Below, in pieces: positions 1-15,662 of a DNA stretch of 64,000 nucleotides. The translations under genes and the position numbers were made by a program. The notes under the pieces were generated by a model that was not told the DNA's origin, ran no database searches, and was given only the letters and a program-made list of their open reading frames with translations. This DNA is from the human T2T-CHM13v2.0 reference genome, Homo sapiens. The DNA lies in NCBI RefSeq assembly GCF_009914755.1, contig NC_060928.1. The stretch is one strand, 5' to 3'. Positions within the stretch are counted from its first letter, which is position 1; every line of letters starts with the position of its first letter.

Positions 1-2119
1 CCAAAAAATAATATTCAAACATAAAAACACGTATTGGAATGATTAGGCTTATTAAAATGTTTACTCAACAACTAAAAAGGAAGTGGATGAAACAATATTT
101 TGGTACCCTTAATATTTTCTGGTTATCAGTTTATTTCTGTGAATTTCCTTATTTTACTCTCGCAACAACTCTACAGTTCCTTAAAGCAACCTTATACTTA
201 CACCTATTTTGTGGATGTGGAAATTAAGACTTTAGAATTGCTGAAGATATAGAAGAAACAAGAAGGTACTGGAAGAAAAATGCAGAAAAGAAAGCTTCAG
301 GGGTTCAAATACAACAATGCTCGTTTACTTAGCACCTTAATTCCCGCACTTGCTTATAGACAGAAAATGCCTCTTTCCTTTCTTTTGAAAGTTGTGGCTC
401 AAGATGGCAGGACACCCCACAGAGTCCCAGTTTAGATCTTGAAACAGGTAGAGTAAGAATGGTTTTGGTTAGGTAGGTTTAACCTACCAACTGGAGGTTT
501 ATTTGAATTACATCTAAATATTATTTATAGGAGCAAGTCTGCCAGTTATTAATAATTTATGAAAGTTGCTTATTACCAGCTATAATGTAGGTTTTATTGA
601 CCGATAGATTTAACTATGGGAAGAAGTAGCAGAAAGAGAAAAGGAAGTGAAAAGGTGATATGGGAGTGTGGCTTATTTTGAAAGAATTCTAGTTTTGGCC
701 AGGGTGTATAATGTAAGCTAGAAAATAATAATACTGAGCACCAGGGATGAGTGAAGAATTCATTTATGTCTTTGGCTTAGTCCAGCGCTATTTGACTTAA
801 GACAGTGTGTATGGTGTCCTGGAAAAGGTTTATAATTTATAAAGCTTTGAATTCTCAGGGATAAGCCATGAATTACAGGGTGATTTCAAAAGCTTTACAT
901 TCTAAGATAAGCCACTATTATGCTTTTTCCTCATTAAAGACAGGAGCTTCTGTTTTTTAGCAAAACTGACCCAAATGTCTTTTAATAAGAATTGTACTGG
1001 CATGCAAAAATTTAAACTATAAATACAGTCTGTTTTCATTATTCAGGGTACCCAATTATTATAACAACTACTTTACATTATGAAAATAAAATTCAAGTCA
1101 GTAATAAAAAATACTTTTTTTCTTGAACAAACAGAGGATCCAATACAACTGTCATAAAGTCTTTTTTTCACCTTGCCTTTATAAAAATAGCATCTTTGAC
1201 TTTCTAACAGCTGACAATTTTCTCTTTCATACATTGTCACTCCTAAACCAGCTTTCTAACTCTGAATTCAGATTTCTATCATCTGCTGACAAATGACAAT
1301 TTCAGGTTATTTCATGGCGCTCCTATTAGCCTGCCAAGGATTTAGTTTTGATAGGGTTGCTATCTTTATAAAGCAAGGTATATGCAATTACATATTTCAA
1401 CATTTCCAAAGCAGGTACCTTAGGGTATAACTCTAGGTATAATCTAGAGTGAATGAGTTTAACCTCTGTGATACTACTACCTATTAACTCAATGCAGTTG
1501 AGGCAATGATGCTAATTAGACACACAAAAGCTGTGACGTTTCAGCTTAAATACCTACTGGATACAAGCTTAATCTACCCCATCCCCAACAATTATAAAGA
1601 AGATAATAAAATTAAAGAACATGTATTAAATGTTGAAAAATATATATTAGATTATTGCCTTTCAAGGGCTACACAGACATGAGTAATTTTTAAGGAACTC
1701 AAATTCTGCATTCTCAAGTTCCATATGTATGCCTTTCTAAAATGATCTGCCTAAGAGCAGTTCTATGGGGCTGCCTCTTTCTCACCTTTCTTTCACATTA
1801 ATCTATCTGCCACTTTACAAAAGAGATGTACCTCTCACCCACTGGGAATCTTACTAAGCGACACTGTCCCAGGATGCAAAAACGTCTTGATTGCCAAAGG
1901 AGCAATTAGAAATATTTGTTTATTAAAGACCTCCTTATACAAGAGAGTACGTGATTTTTCAAAATTCTTTATAACATTTATTATTTAACAAACAGTCAAA
2001 CTTTTAATTTGTGTACCAGCTTTCAGGAATAAAAGCCAGACTTAACACTCTCGTTAGAGTTCTGGTAATGAAAAACCAGCCAGATGCTTGCCCTAATGTA
2101 CTATCATGGTTTACTAATG

Positions 2120-2566
<447 letters not shown>

Positions 2567-3039
2567 AGTTTACTGAAGTTTTCGAATATGTAAAAATTTT
2601 GGTCACTGTGTGTATGTGTGTTTGTGTGAATTCCTTTATTCAAAACCATGTAAATAGGAGATTAAGTACAGTTCGCTTTACCTGAAAAATATATTACATA
2701 TGAATGCTTAGGTCATAGAGAGTAAAAGGTAACTTTTATTGAGTCTTTTCTTTTCAAATGAATGTATAGAAAGTTGGCTTGCTATATTTACAGGAATTCA
2801 CCTTCTCCATATTTTATCCCTTAAAATGTCCACATACATGCATATATTTGTCATTGCTGACATAGTTATTGTTTGATAATACATTCTCTGAAACACTGGT
2901 TCTTTTCTGGACCATTAAAGAGGAAACAAAAAAAAAATGATCACTGTTACTCTACACCAGTTTAAATTGAGGGGTAAAAATGTCTAAAAGTAAAAATGTT
3001 TACAGTAACATTTTTTACAAATTACAATGCAGGTTTTTT

Positions 3040-3220
3040 TTTACACTAACTCATTACACAATAACCCTGAAAGCACAAAAGTTATTTTTATCTCTATTCT
3101 GTAAATGAGAAAACTGATGTGCTAGAGGATATCCACGTGGTCATAAGCCAAACTAGGACTAAAATTTAAGCTGTTGGACTCCGCACTCTGTGTCTTCTCA
3201 CTCTATTGAACCACCTCTTG
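3040..3220 (-). mobile_element. MIR fragment
   Basis: MIR core-like tattctgtaaatgagaaaactgatgtgctagagg. Confidence 0.5.
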
Positions 3221-4169
3221 TGAAAATTGCTCAACTTGCTAAGGACTGTGTTCTCTAGGTAAGCGCCTGTAAAATGCAGTTGAGGTGATGACACCATTCC
3301 AAAGGTGTGAAATCTATCTTAATTTTGGTTAGGAAAGCAATATATGTATGATTTAAAATGAAAAGAGTTTTTTTCCCCAGAACTTCACAAAACGTAATTC
3401 CCACGCCCTAATAAGGAAACATGGTGTTTAAATAACCCTTCAAGTGCACCTCAAGGAAATGATCTGTGTCTTACTGGATTTCAAAGACGCATTCATGTCT
3501 AGGGAAAAGTATTAATATAAAAAAGGACCTTGATAAGTCACTTAGTCTGTTTCACTGGATTTTGGCTGGGTACTGTGTTCTTAAAAGTTCTAACTCAAGA
3601 TGCCCAGATGGTGATGGGATATGAGGAGCTAATGACATGGATGGAAGGACGTGGTTCCAGACATGCTAGGTGTCTGGTTCCTAACAAGACACTGCAGAAT
3701 TTGAGATTTTTGCTCTGGAAACAAATTGGGACAAATTTCATGGTGTGATTTGTGAATGTTCTCATCCTTCAGGCTTGTGCTGTATACTGCCATTGCCAAG
3801 TTGTAGCTATTGTTTGCTTGAAAAGAAAGGATGAGGAAGAAAGTAATGACCAAAAAAGCCCTAAAAAATAACATACATGATCTCACATTTATGTAAAACA
3901 CATATGGAAGAATGTGTGTCGAATGTTCACACGTACTTGTAAAATATTTTTAATTTACAAATTATTTTTAGAACAGTTTTTACAGAAAGTTGAGCAGAGT
4001 TCCCATATACCATCTCACCCTTTCCCATATGTTTTATAATAAACAAAATTTTGTTATATCTCCTCTGAATTATTTGCTTCTTTTGATGAATTAATTTGTC
4101 TGGAGAGTATTAACATGGAAAAAAGCTCCCTTCATATTATCTTTATGAAGAATTCAACGCCTTGTACTG

Positions 4170-4335
4170 ATCAGTGATTTTCAGATGACAGTGTGCAAAA
4201 CAATCACCTGGAGGGTTGTTAAAAATACGGGACTGATTTTTTAAGTCTGAGCCAGAGACAAAGAAACTGCATTTTTAACATAGCACCCAGGTGATTCCGA
4301 TGCACTAAGCATATGAACTATACTTTGAGAAACAA
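4170..4335. mobile_element. MER5-type hAT-Charlie DNA transposon
   Basis: caatcacctggagggttgttaaaa...ctgcatttttaaca...cccaggtgattccgatgcac...tttgagaaaca. Confidence 0.6.
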
Positions 4336-4879
4336 TAGGCTAGAAATTCTTATCCCCGGATGGAAAATCTCTATTAGACCACCTGAACCCATACATAGGT
4401 CTGCTGCTCCTTAAAATTAAAAAAAAAAAAAAAAAAAAAAAAGACTCAGTAGTCTTTTTCAAATCCTGTCAAATGTTGTCAGCATGGAAAACAATTTCAG
4501 TGTCTGAGCTAATTCATCAACCAATGAACACGATAAATTGAGTGAGAATTAGAAGTGAAACTTTTAAAAACCTCACACACCATTCACTTGCCTAGAAGCC
4601 AATGAGGCAAAATTGTTATATCAAAGCATCCTAATAGATATAATATTATCAATACATTTTATACTATATACACTTTTTTGTTGTACACGTTTTTAACAAA
4701 CTCTATTTTTATTGAAATTATTAGGCCATCAAGACATAAACTCAAACAGGATTTATGTAAATGTATATTTAAGAAGGGGAATCTGAATTATTTAGGGTCT
4801 AATCTATTATTAAATGACCTAATGGATAGTCACAGGTGTTTTGGACCCCAGTCCAAGGGTTGGAGATGAGCTTTAAGAC

Positions 4880-5030
4880 CCTTACTAGTCAAAGTGTGGT
4901 TCCGGGACCAGCAACATGAGCAATGTAGGAACTAGTTAGAAATGCAGATACTCAGGCCCCACCAGACATACTGAAAAAAAAAAAATCTGCATTTTTTAAC
5001 ATAATACCCAAATGACTTAGCTGCACATAA
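4880..5030. mobile_element. MER5A-type DNA transposon
   Basis: caaagtgtggttccgggaccagca...gttagaaatgcagatactcaggcccc...aatctgcatttttaac. Confidence 0.65.
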
Positions 5031-6659
5031 AAAATAAAGAAAACTTTCTTTCCAGTGTTTCAGTCCTGATCCTTTCTAAATTTTCCTGGCTGTGGACTAA
5101 TTCCCAGTACTATTCCCCATTTCTCCCATATATCCACACCCCATTATTTTTATTTCAGATGGTCATCTCTCGCTTCTTGCTCTTATCTCCAAAGGGAAAA
5201 CCACACAGACTCTAACTAGGAACTCACAGGCTTCATTCACAAGTTTTCCTCTTTTAACCAAAGAAAACGTAGTGAGCTGATCAATATCTTTAAATAATCT
5301 GCTAGCAGACCTGAGCACATCCAGTTTATTTAAAGCTGCAAGTGAATAAAATATAGCTAGTATAAGGGTATTCACACCATTAACTGTCCTCCCTCCTTGC
5401 TTCAAAGCCTTGCTTTGCTCTCTCTAGGACTGTGCCTCAGTAAAAAGTCCCTTCAGAATTAAAAAAAAAAAAATCACTTTTCCTGTGTAAAAAGAACAAT
5501 GCTATTACAAAAAAAATGGTGCCACAGACTCTCACAATTTGTGTTTCAAAAAGCCACTGCTGCTGCTAAATCACCGCTACTGTCCTGGAACCATTATGAA
5601 CATGCTAATCTATGCCCAAAGCAATATTAGTATTATTGTTTATTTTATTTTCATTATAGCCCAAACCAGATAGGCTGCTATAATTCTGCTTTCTCCTGGT
5701 ACGAGACTGGGAAAGAAGATATAATGATAACAAAGAAATGCCAATTGTTTTAGTAAATAACACTGCAGAAGTCATATATCATTTCCCATTTTCCAATTGC
5801 TCCAACTCCTATCAAGTTACTAGAGACAGCAAGTCAATGTGCCTGGTGCTGGAAAAAAATCATTCAGGTAAGCTGAGGCTACTCCTTCTGTTTCTCCATC
5901 TGCTAAGCTGTTAACACAAAGACATATTGACAAAAGCTCAAGGAAAACATGGAATACTTCATCAGTAAGATTATGCTGCCCTAGAGACAGATGTTAGAAA
6001 GCTGTAATATTTAAAAATAAAGAGATAAACACATGGTTGAGAGGAAAGAATAAAATAATTTAGCGTTGAGATAGAATATTAAAAAGAAAAAAGGAAAAGA
6101 TGGAAAGATAGATGTTATCATACTGTATTGGCACAAGAAATGGCAAATCCTTTCATGTAGGGAAAAACTTTTATATCTGCCTCAGGCAATCATTTACCAT
6201 TAGGCAGACATTCTTAGAGTGCACTAGGGTAGATCTGTAAGAACTGCTTAGCAGGGCTAATTACGATTACACAGAAAAGACTTACCTCTTGTCACCAGAT
6301 AAAGTCCAGGCTTTGACTTAAATCCATACACACCAGTTTTCATAAAAGTTTAAACATGAAAAATGTTATATACTTTGGTAATTCACATTCAGTGAACATA
6401 AAAACAACATTAAGTAATGATAACTCTGGATTTATCTGGTAACTTTTACTGCAGAGGTCAAGGTACTTTGTCTTCACTTATTTTTACTAGAGAAAAATAA
6501 TAAAAATAGATTATAATTGTAGGTTATATAAATATTTACAATTGACATACAGTAGCCATGTATTAAGCAAACACATCTTTAAACAGCAGATTCTCCATTT
6601 TTGCTAAAATTTTAACACATTTATAAATAAAATGCAAAGAGTAGGAACAGAAAAGTAGA

Positions 6660-6856
6660 AGGAACTTTGGCTTTGAATTCAAACAGAATTGGGTTCAGAT
6701 CCAGGATATTTAATTCACTTCTCTGAGCTTCAGTTTCCTCATCTGTAAAACAGGGATAATACTACCTACTTTACAGGGTTGCTGAGAGGGTTAAATATGT
6801 AACTAATGAAGGCTCCAGCATTGTGTGTGAACACTGCAGGTACTCAATAAATGCCA
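6660..6856 (+). mobile_element. MIR SINE
   Basis: ctctgagcttcagtttcctcatctgtaaaacagggataat core; ends gtactcaataaatg. Confidence 0.8.
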
Positions 6857-7569
6857 AGTGACATAATCACAAAAAAACTAACACAAACAAGCACATTAGA
6901 GATTCCAATTTAATTACCGTTTGTCCTTTTCTTAAAATCTCCAAGTTCTGATTGTACAGTAGAAGCTCCTAACTTAACACCTTTTCCCACTGGGAAGGTG
7001 ATGCCCTCCTCCTCAAAAAAAAGGGAGGGGGGAATAGTATAAAGGAGGAGTTACCAGAGAAAGGAAAAGGAAACTGAATACTTCTTCCAGGAAAGAGGAG
7101 GAAGAGGGCATGAGGTCTGACTTCATGGTCCTGACTACTTCACCTCCTCAAGGATGAAAACTCAGGTAAATAATGGTTAAAAAACAAAAACAAAAACTGA
7201 AAGCTGGAAATCTTCAAGAGTTTGCCCTGCTTCCTGTTCATCATTCTAAAAGGAGAAAAACTTGCAGGATAACCACACCCAACAGAGGACTACTACAAAC
7301 AGAATAAAATGGCAGCGTAGTGTGAGTAGGCCAAGAAAGGTTCTGTAATGGCAGGTCTCAAAGTTCCTTGGCTGTTGTGCAGTGGCTCTTGTGTCCAGGT
7401 ATTCCTTCATGATCCCAGCAGGATATGTGAAAGGTGGTTGTTTATAGAGTTAAGAGTGAGAAGCCATTCTGGTCACTGTGAGATGATCCCCACAGCAGAT
7501 GCTGCAGAGCAGACAGACTAAGCCAGGGTTCACAGAGTAGATGTGGTTGAGACATGAGGACCTGAAATG
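6700..7569 (-). other. NAA11: Probable non-coding last exon (3' UTR) of NAA11; 3' end unresolved
   Basis: Follows the acceptor at 7570. Candidate poly(A) signals on the minus strand are ATTAAA at 6914-6909 and 6714-6709; the nearest AATAAA I found is near 5640. Confidence 0.45.
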
Positions 7570-8224
7570 CTGTTGAAAAATGAGAAGAAAACAAATGAGA
7601 AAGGGAGAGCTATAAGCTCTGACAGCTCTGAAAGAATACTGGTTTAGTTAATGATAGACTGGAACAGCAGATAAAGAAACCCAGTAACTAGTTTGGACTA
7701 GATATATCTCCATGGAAGTCAGTGAGAATTCAGATGACTGCACAAAGACCACACACAGATCTGGGGCTCTCTCCCCTCCCTGCCATAAGAACACATGAAC
7801 CTTTCCTGACATCTAAAGGACATTTCTGCCAGGAGAAAGGGACAGGAAGAACACCAAAAAACTGGGATTTACCCCCAAAGAACCTATTTTAAAACTAAAG
7901 AAACTGAGATCATTTTGCTTGTCATCTTTAAATTCTATCTCATCCTACTCCACTCAAAAGAAAATTTATTCCAATTCTAAAGAAATGAAAGGCCTTTTTA
8001 GCTCTTGATAAGTTAGATGCAATGTGTCCAACTCTATAAGTCATATTTTCTTTCTGAGGCCTGGACAGGAAACCAAAATAACCATAATGTTTCTTTATTC
8101 ACAAATTAAAGTGCCCTAATTACATCAGGTAAGAGGAAGTAGGTAATTATATCAGGTAAGAGGAATCATACATACATTATTTTTCTCTCCTTTAAAAAAA
8201 TTTATTATATGGGTAATTTGAGAG

Positions 8225-8275
8225 GTCCATTCATTCATTCATTCAATAAATATTTACTCAGTACCTTTTCATCTA
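8225..8275 (-). mobile_element. L2 3' end
   Basis: cattcattcattcattcaataaatatttactcagtacc. Confidence 0.55.
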
Positions 8276-8705
8276 TCATATGCACACAGAAGTAAATAAG
8301 ATTGAGGCTGACTATTATGCACAGAGCAGTTAAAAAGCATTTTTGTACAAAATCATTGTTATAGAAAATTCTGTTGCCAGAATAACAAGTGAAGCCAGTT
8401 GTAAGAGGTAATACTATGTAAAATCTTATTTTTTAAAGTATATTTGCTATAACAAAAGAGACACAAGATATGGAGGAACAGGTCAGAAAGACTATCATCA
8501 TTGCCTTTTTCATTTTTGCATGAACAGGCATGCAAAAGAAGTTATATAGCTGTTTTAGTTATCTCAGTAAATACTGCTTGAAAATTTTAAGAAATTAAAC
8601 TGAAAAAGTCAAATAACACTGTAATAAAGGCTATAGGATAGTTTGTTGTTTAAGAGTATAGGTATTTTTCATAAAGATTCCCTTTAAAATGTTAGTATTA
8701 TAGTC

Positions 8706-9007
8706 CTTTTTTTGAGACAGGGTCTTGCTCTGTCACCCAGACTGGAGCACAGTGGTACAATCATGGCTCACAAGAGCCTCAAACTCCTGGGCACAAGTGA
8801 TCCTCCAGCCTCAGCCTCCTGAGTAGCTAGGACTACAAGCACGCACCAGTATACACCACCACGCTGGCTAATGTTTTTTAGTTTTTGTAGAGACTAGGTC
8901 TTGCTATGTTTTCAAGGCTGGTCTTGAACTCCTGGCCTCATGCAAAGCTCCCGCCTTGGCCTCCTAAAGTGCTGGGATTACAGGCATGAGCCGCTGTGCC
9001 CACCCCA
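8706..9007 (-). mobile_element. AluJ SINE
   Basis: Diverged reverse Alu with J-type features (tcatggctca, caagtgatcctcc). Confidence 0.85.
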
Positions 9008-10149
9008 AGCCCTTAATGTCTTGCTTATTAAGTTCAAAGTTTTACATTATCAGGTTTTCTTAAAGGTGGGCTATGGAAGCCTGACAAATACATGCTATTT
9101 GTCGATATGGTGTTATAAACATGAAACAGAATACTATGGCTTTACTTTAAAAAAAAATCCTATAATTTTCCAAAGATATTTATCTATAGAAATGGCATTG
9201 TAGAATATTTTCAGAAAGGCTTTTATGGTGGCTCTTTGAATCATTGCCCATTCAAAGAATTTTAAATATTCTATCTAACCTCCTGTACCATAAAGCCCAT
9301 TGGATTTCATATACTAGAGCATAGAGTACAAAATTTAGGAAAAACCTCTGCTTTTATCAGTTACTTCTGACAAAGTTGGTATTTCAGTCATCCTACATGT
9401 ACATCATACACTGATTGAAAGGTGACATTGTTAGAGATTATAAATAATTCAACAAATGGCATCTATCTGATTAGTATTTCAAAACAATATTTTATCTCTT
9501 CCCAACCCCCTCTTTATCTTCATAGAGTGCAGTTGCATTTGAAATCTATGGTTTCTGGCATATCTGGGGTAAGGTTATACTACGAATTTACCAGACCTGT
9601 CAGTCTGTAGGTTTCTTCCATATTTCATTATATCATTCCAGTTATAATTAGTTGTCTGGTAAAATTAAGAACAGTCTATTTCAGTGACTGCTCATGTGAA
9701 CATTTAACAACTTTTTGTTAGAATGACAGTTTAGCGACACAAAGAATAAACCAGAAAGGGAGAGTCACTGAAGTAACCTTACTTAACTCAATGTTGCCAG
9801 CTCAATTGAAAACACTAAGATTTTGCATTTTTTTCATTTTTGTTATTAATAATCAAGCACATATTTCTTGTCAAGAGATAAGCAGCAGTTTGATGACATT
9901 CCTGCCTCAACCAGCATGTTTTGAACTGACCTGTCTTCATTGCTATGGCTCCCAAGAAACTCTGCCGTTGACAAGCGTTGATTCAGCTGAATGCTTTGAC
10001 ATTTAGCTTGTCAGTGAAAGCTATTTTAATCATTAAGATGCATTTCCCATCCAAGATTGCAAACTGTTGCTGCTCATACACAACATTCTATCATTTGATT
10101 ACCGTGGAGAAGAAGAGAACCTGAAAAGTTACTCTTACTATCGATTATA

Positions 10150-10480
10150 TTAAGAGCTAAAATTTATTGATTATTTTACTGTGTGTGAGGAGTTGTGCTT
10201 AGCAATTTACATAGATTGACTCATTTAATCTTCTCAATCATGGAGTCTGACCACCTGAGTTTGCATCCTTGTTTTCCACTATCTGTATAACATGCAGCCC
10301 TCCCTGTGACATGATTTCCTCAACCACAAAATGGAGTAATAGTACCTACCTCACAGGCTTATTATGAGGAATAAATGAAACACATCATTAACAGTGCTTA
10401 GAATTAATACCTGCAAAACAGTGCGTTTTCATAGTGTGAAGAGCAATTTTTATTACCATTTTTTAGATGAAATCAACCAG
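10150..10480. mobile_element. MIR fragments (probably nested in opposite orientations)
   Basis: ctcatttaatcttctcaa; aaatggagtaatagtacctacctcacagg...gaggaataaatga; ccattttttagatga. Confidence 0.5.
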
Positions 10481-11054
10481 TTCTTCACCAACTGTCCTGC
10501 TCAGCATCACTTCTAACTCTGTCTCTGTTCCCAAATCCAAAAGTACAGATAGGGAAAATGAAAAATATTTTTTTTAGGACATTTTTTCTATAGGTATTTG
10601 AACTCCAGCTCCACAGGAGGGAGCACCACAATTGTAGAAGGATAGTACTTTTGCAGTATGAGCCTTTTAAATGTTTTTCCTGTTCTTTCTTTCTTCACTG
10701 TAGCCTTTCTCCATTCAGGGAGCTAGACCTATGTGCTGGTGAATCCCTATTAAATGGGATGCAAGTGAAGATTTAGACAGTTTTGGGGACTTCAGAGGAG
10801 AGGGGTCATTTGTCCCAGGTTTAATTAGTGGCATAATGGCAGCAAGATAACAGAATCCCATAGTTTTCCACGCCCAAGTTTGTGAAGCAGCAGAATAAAT
10901 ATATGTCAGGTGTTTATGTAGACAACCTCAGACAGCCTAACAGAGTTCCCTGGGCCATGCCATGGAGTGAGAGCAGCTGTATGATCCCATTGCTTCTAAC
11001 TGGGCATGGAAGCAAAACTTCTCAAAGTCCAGAGCACCACTAGGATGTTTCCTA

Positions 11055-11912
11055 TTGTGGCAGAAACTATGCTGTGTTGTTGCTGAACTCCTTCCTTTCT
11101 TTCCTGAGCACAAAGCTAAACTAAATATCATAGCCTCCCCTGCAGTTAGTTGGGTAAGACTTGACTTTTAAAACCTTTATTAACCACTATATACATTCTT
11201 TTCTCTCATCTGCTAGTTGAATGTATATGAACCAGTTGAAGGTCTTATGATCCTAGAAAATGACAAGAGTCATTGAATTAGGAGTTCTTAACCTGGGATC
11301 TATTTAATAAGATGTAGGAGAACCATGACCTTGGATTTGGAACAAAAACAATTCTGTATTTTCATCAACCTCTAACTGAAATCTGGCAATTCTTTAAATT
11401 ATGAACATAGGAATCAATGCACAGTAGTATTAGCAATACTTGAGACTTTGTCACCAATAAAACTCATAGGTATTTTCATATCACATTATAGATACTTAAG
11501 GTATCTTAAATATCATTTATACTAAAATTTACTTTGAAATAATAGTAATTATTAGGCTATTCAATATGCTAACACAAAGCACATATATTACAACAAAAGT
11601 ATTTTTAAAATAGTTTGATAACTATATCAATGAAATTGTTTTCCTTTGTAATCTGGTATAATTTTTACATCTTTTAAAAATTTTTCTGCTTCACCAGATT
11701 GCCAAAGGGAGCTACAGAAAATTAAGAATCCCTGTCTAAATGATCCCTGAATGATACCATGGAGTAGGGTCCATCTTTTCCCCTCTACTCCACATCACCA
11801 CCACACTGATGACCCACATTGTACTATGATGTGAGAAATAAGATTTTATTGGGTTAAGTTACTGAGATTTGGAAGTTAATTTTTAGAGCAGTTAGCCTGT
11901 GCAGACTAATAC
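11055..11912 (+). mobile_element. Old MLT1 (MaLR) LTR, interrupted at ~11280-11735 by a hAT-like DNA element
   Basis: tgtggcagaaac start; 3' end gtgagaaataagatttt...ctgagatttgg...gcagttagcc...gactaatac. The inner element has imperfect inverted ends ggagttcttaacc / attaagaatccc. Confidence 0.5.
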
Positions 11913-12264
11913 TCATATACCCTTGCTACCAAAATGGTAAGAGACCTCCGGTTGGAAAAGACCCAGAAGTGAATCCTGAGGATCAAAGATTGGATGGGGC
12001 CATTGAATATGTCTCAGCAGATAACAACTCAGAAAGACGGTGAAGCTCAGTCTAGGAAACATTTCCTTCAACTTAGAAATAAAGTTCAATTACGGTATCA
12101 TAAAGAAACAGTTCAATTATTCTTGAATTTGTATGCTGAAATTTATAACTGTGACACAACAATGAATTTTCTTATTTATTATTTCTCTCTTCTTTTACTA
12201 CAGTGGCAGTTATTTTGTTTCTCATAGCAGATATTAAGTGCTTTTGAATTCATCAGTTTTATAG

Positions 12265-12269
12265 GTGTA

Positions 12270-12306
<37 letters not shown>

Positions 12307-12307
12307 G
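12265..12307. repeat. (TG)n(TA)n compound microsatellite
   Basis: Seen directly. Confidence 0.9.
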
Positions 12308-13190
12308 GTTTTAAAACAACCTCTGATTAGCTCTGTTCTCAGCTAGAGTTTAACAATGAAGAGAAGCAAATAACTACAAAGATGAGATCAATACTGTGTA
12401 AGTCCTTCTACGAAGGAATTTGAAAGTTGAAATTTTTTTTAAAAGGTTTGTGCATTCAAAGAGTCTTGAGAGAGCCCTCCAGGGTTTTCAAGACAGGTGT
12501 AAATTTGACAACGCTTTCTCAAGGCATCAAGTTTTAATTTCATCTTTGCTTTTAGACTGTTCTGCCGGCTTTATTTTTTAGAAAAAATGAATCAGTCACT
12601 GTGAAACTTTCAGGTTATTAAAAGTCAGATGCAAAATCTCCTCTGAGGACAGATTCTTTCTAACCACCAAAGACTTACTGTATCTAAATTTTTATAACAT
12701 ACTGAACTGTAACTGAATGAAAATAAAATGGGATTAGTGTGTTATAGCTTCGGTTTTGGCATTAAAATGCAAAAAAAAAGTCCATTTATTCTTAAATGCT
12801 ATATAATATAAACATCAGTCTGTCTTGATCACTGCTGTATACTCAGCTCCAAGCCTAATGCCTGACAAATATTTTTATGAATGAGTAGACTAATCAAATA
12901 GCACTTACTGAAATTATATACAGAATACACTATTTATGACTAGACTTTGCCATGAGAAGTTGCTGCCTTTCATACATGTAAGGGTAAGGTGACTAGATTA
13001 AGATGTTAAAGCCTGTAAACTGCCAGTAGCTCACTGACCCTTGAAATTCCTAAGGCGATACAAAGTCCTTTGATGGAAGAAATACTGTGGTATATTATTA
13101 CAATTAAGTTGTTTCTAACATACCAATCCTTTAAAACTTAGTTTCAGTGGTTTCTTAGTATTAGCATAAGTGTGTATTAAGAAGTACAAG

Positions 13191-14790
<1,600 letters not shown>

Positions 14791-14972
14791 GTAATGAGTC
14801 TCCCTCAACTCACTCTAACTTCTCCCTAAGGTCACCAGGTGGTTTTTACCGTAAAATCTCGCAGGGCCAGAATGGGGTAAGACAGGATGGAATTGGGCAG
14901 GCCAAGGCAGGATGCAGGGATTTAGGAGAAGGGGGTACTGGGTCAGGGAAGACAGAATACCTTAAGCATGCT

Positions 14973-15662
14973 CTAGGAGGTGGAATCCGAGCTTTCTGAG
15001 CTGTCCTGGACGTTGGTGCTCTCCACAGACTCCTTAGGTTCTTTGCTGTCACTGCCACTTTCTTCGGTAGCCGGGTTCTTTTGCTGACAGGCCTCTTCAG
15101 AATCAGAAAGTGTGCTGCCCTGGGTCTCCTGGTTCTCCCTGGAGCCCAGGACCACATACCCGCCCTTCTTCAGGTCCATTTGTCGTCTCAGCTCATCTGC
15201 CATCTGCGAGAGATCCCGCTTCATAGCATAAGCATCTTCCCCATCTGCATAGTATTTAGGTTCCACCTCACTAATCTGAAAGTTGAGGGTGTTAGAATAA
15301 AGGTGCAAGGCTGGCCGGTTACTCTTCCTGACGTGCAGAGACACGTATTTGGCGTTAAAGTTCTCTATCATGGCCCTGGAGGCCTGGTCCATCAGCTTCT
15401 GGGCCAGGCCGAGGCGCCGGTGTGAACGCTTCACGGCCAGTGAGGTGATATGGCCATGCGGGACATCATCTGGTTCCTCCTCCATTTTGGCCAGAACATA
15501 GCCCACAATCTTCCCGTCCTCATCCTCAGCGATGTAAGAAAGCTGGGGCCAGGAAAGGCCATGATATAAATAGTATTTCATCTGGTAGTTCTCAGGAAGG
15601 CAAAGGAGGTTGCAGTGTTGCATATTCATCAGGTCGTCTGGCTGAGCGTTGCGGATGTTCAT
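14973..15662 (-). CDS. NAA11: N-alpha-acetyltransferase 11 (NatA catalytic subunit paralogue, GNAT fold), 229 aa, intronless CDS; retrogene of NAA10
   Basis: Translation [31 protein letters not shown]...[22 protein letters not shown]...[18 protein letters not shown]...[10 protein letters not shown]. The acetyl-CoA motif RRLGLA is intact. ATG is at 15662-15660 (context GCCATTATGA) and TAG at 14975-14973, giving 690 nt. The 302-aa track ORF starts at an upstream TTG. Confidence 0.97.

Noticed and set aside
8117-8165. 22-bp direct repeat taatta(c/t)atcaggtaagaggaa with donor-like CAG|GTAAGA
   Set aside because: Only two copies, most simply a local duplication. It is not an array, and I saw no matching acceptor.
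14846-15425. Overlapping 103-aa (-) and 114-aa (+) ORFs
   Set aside because: Shadow frames of the GC-rich NAA11 CDS with no recognisable homology.
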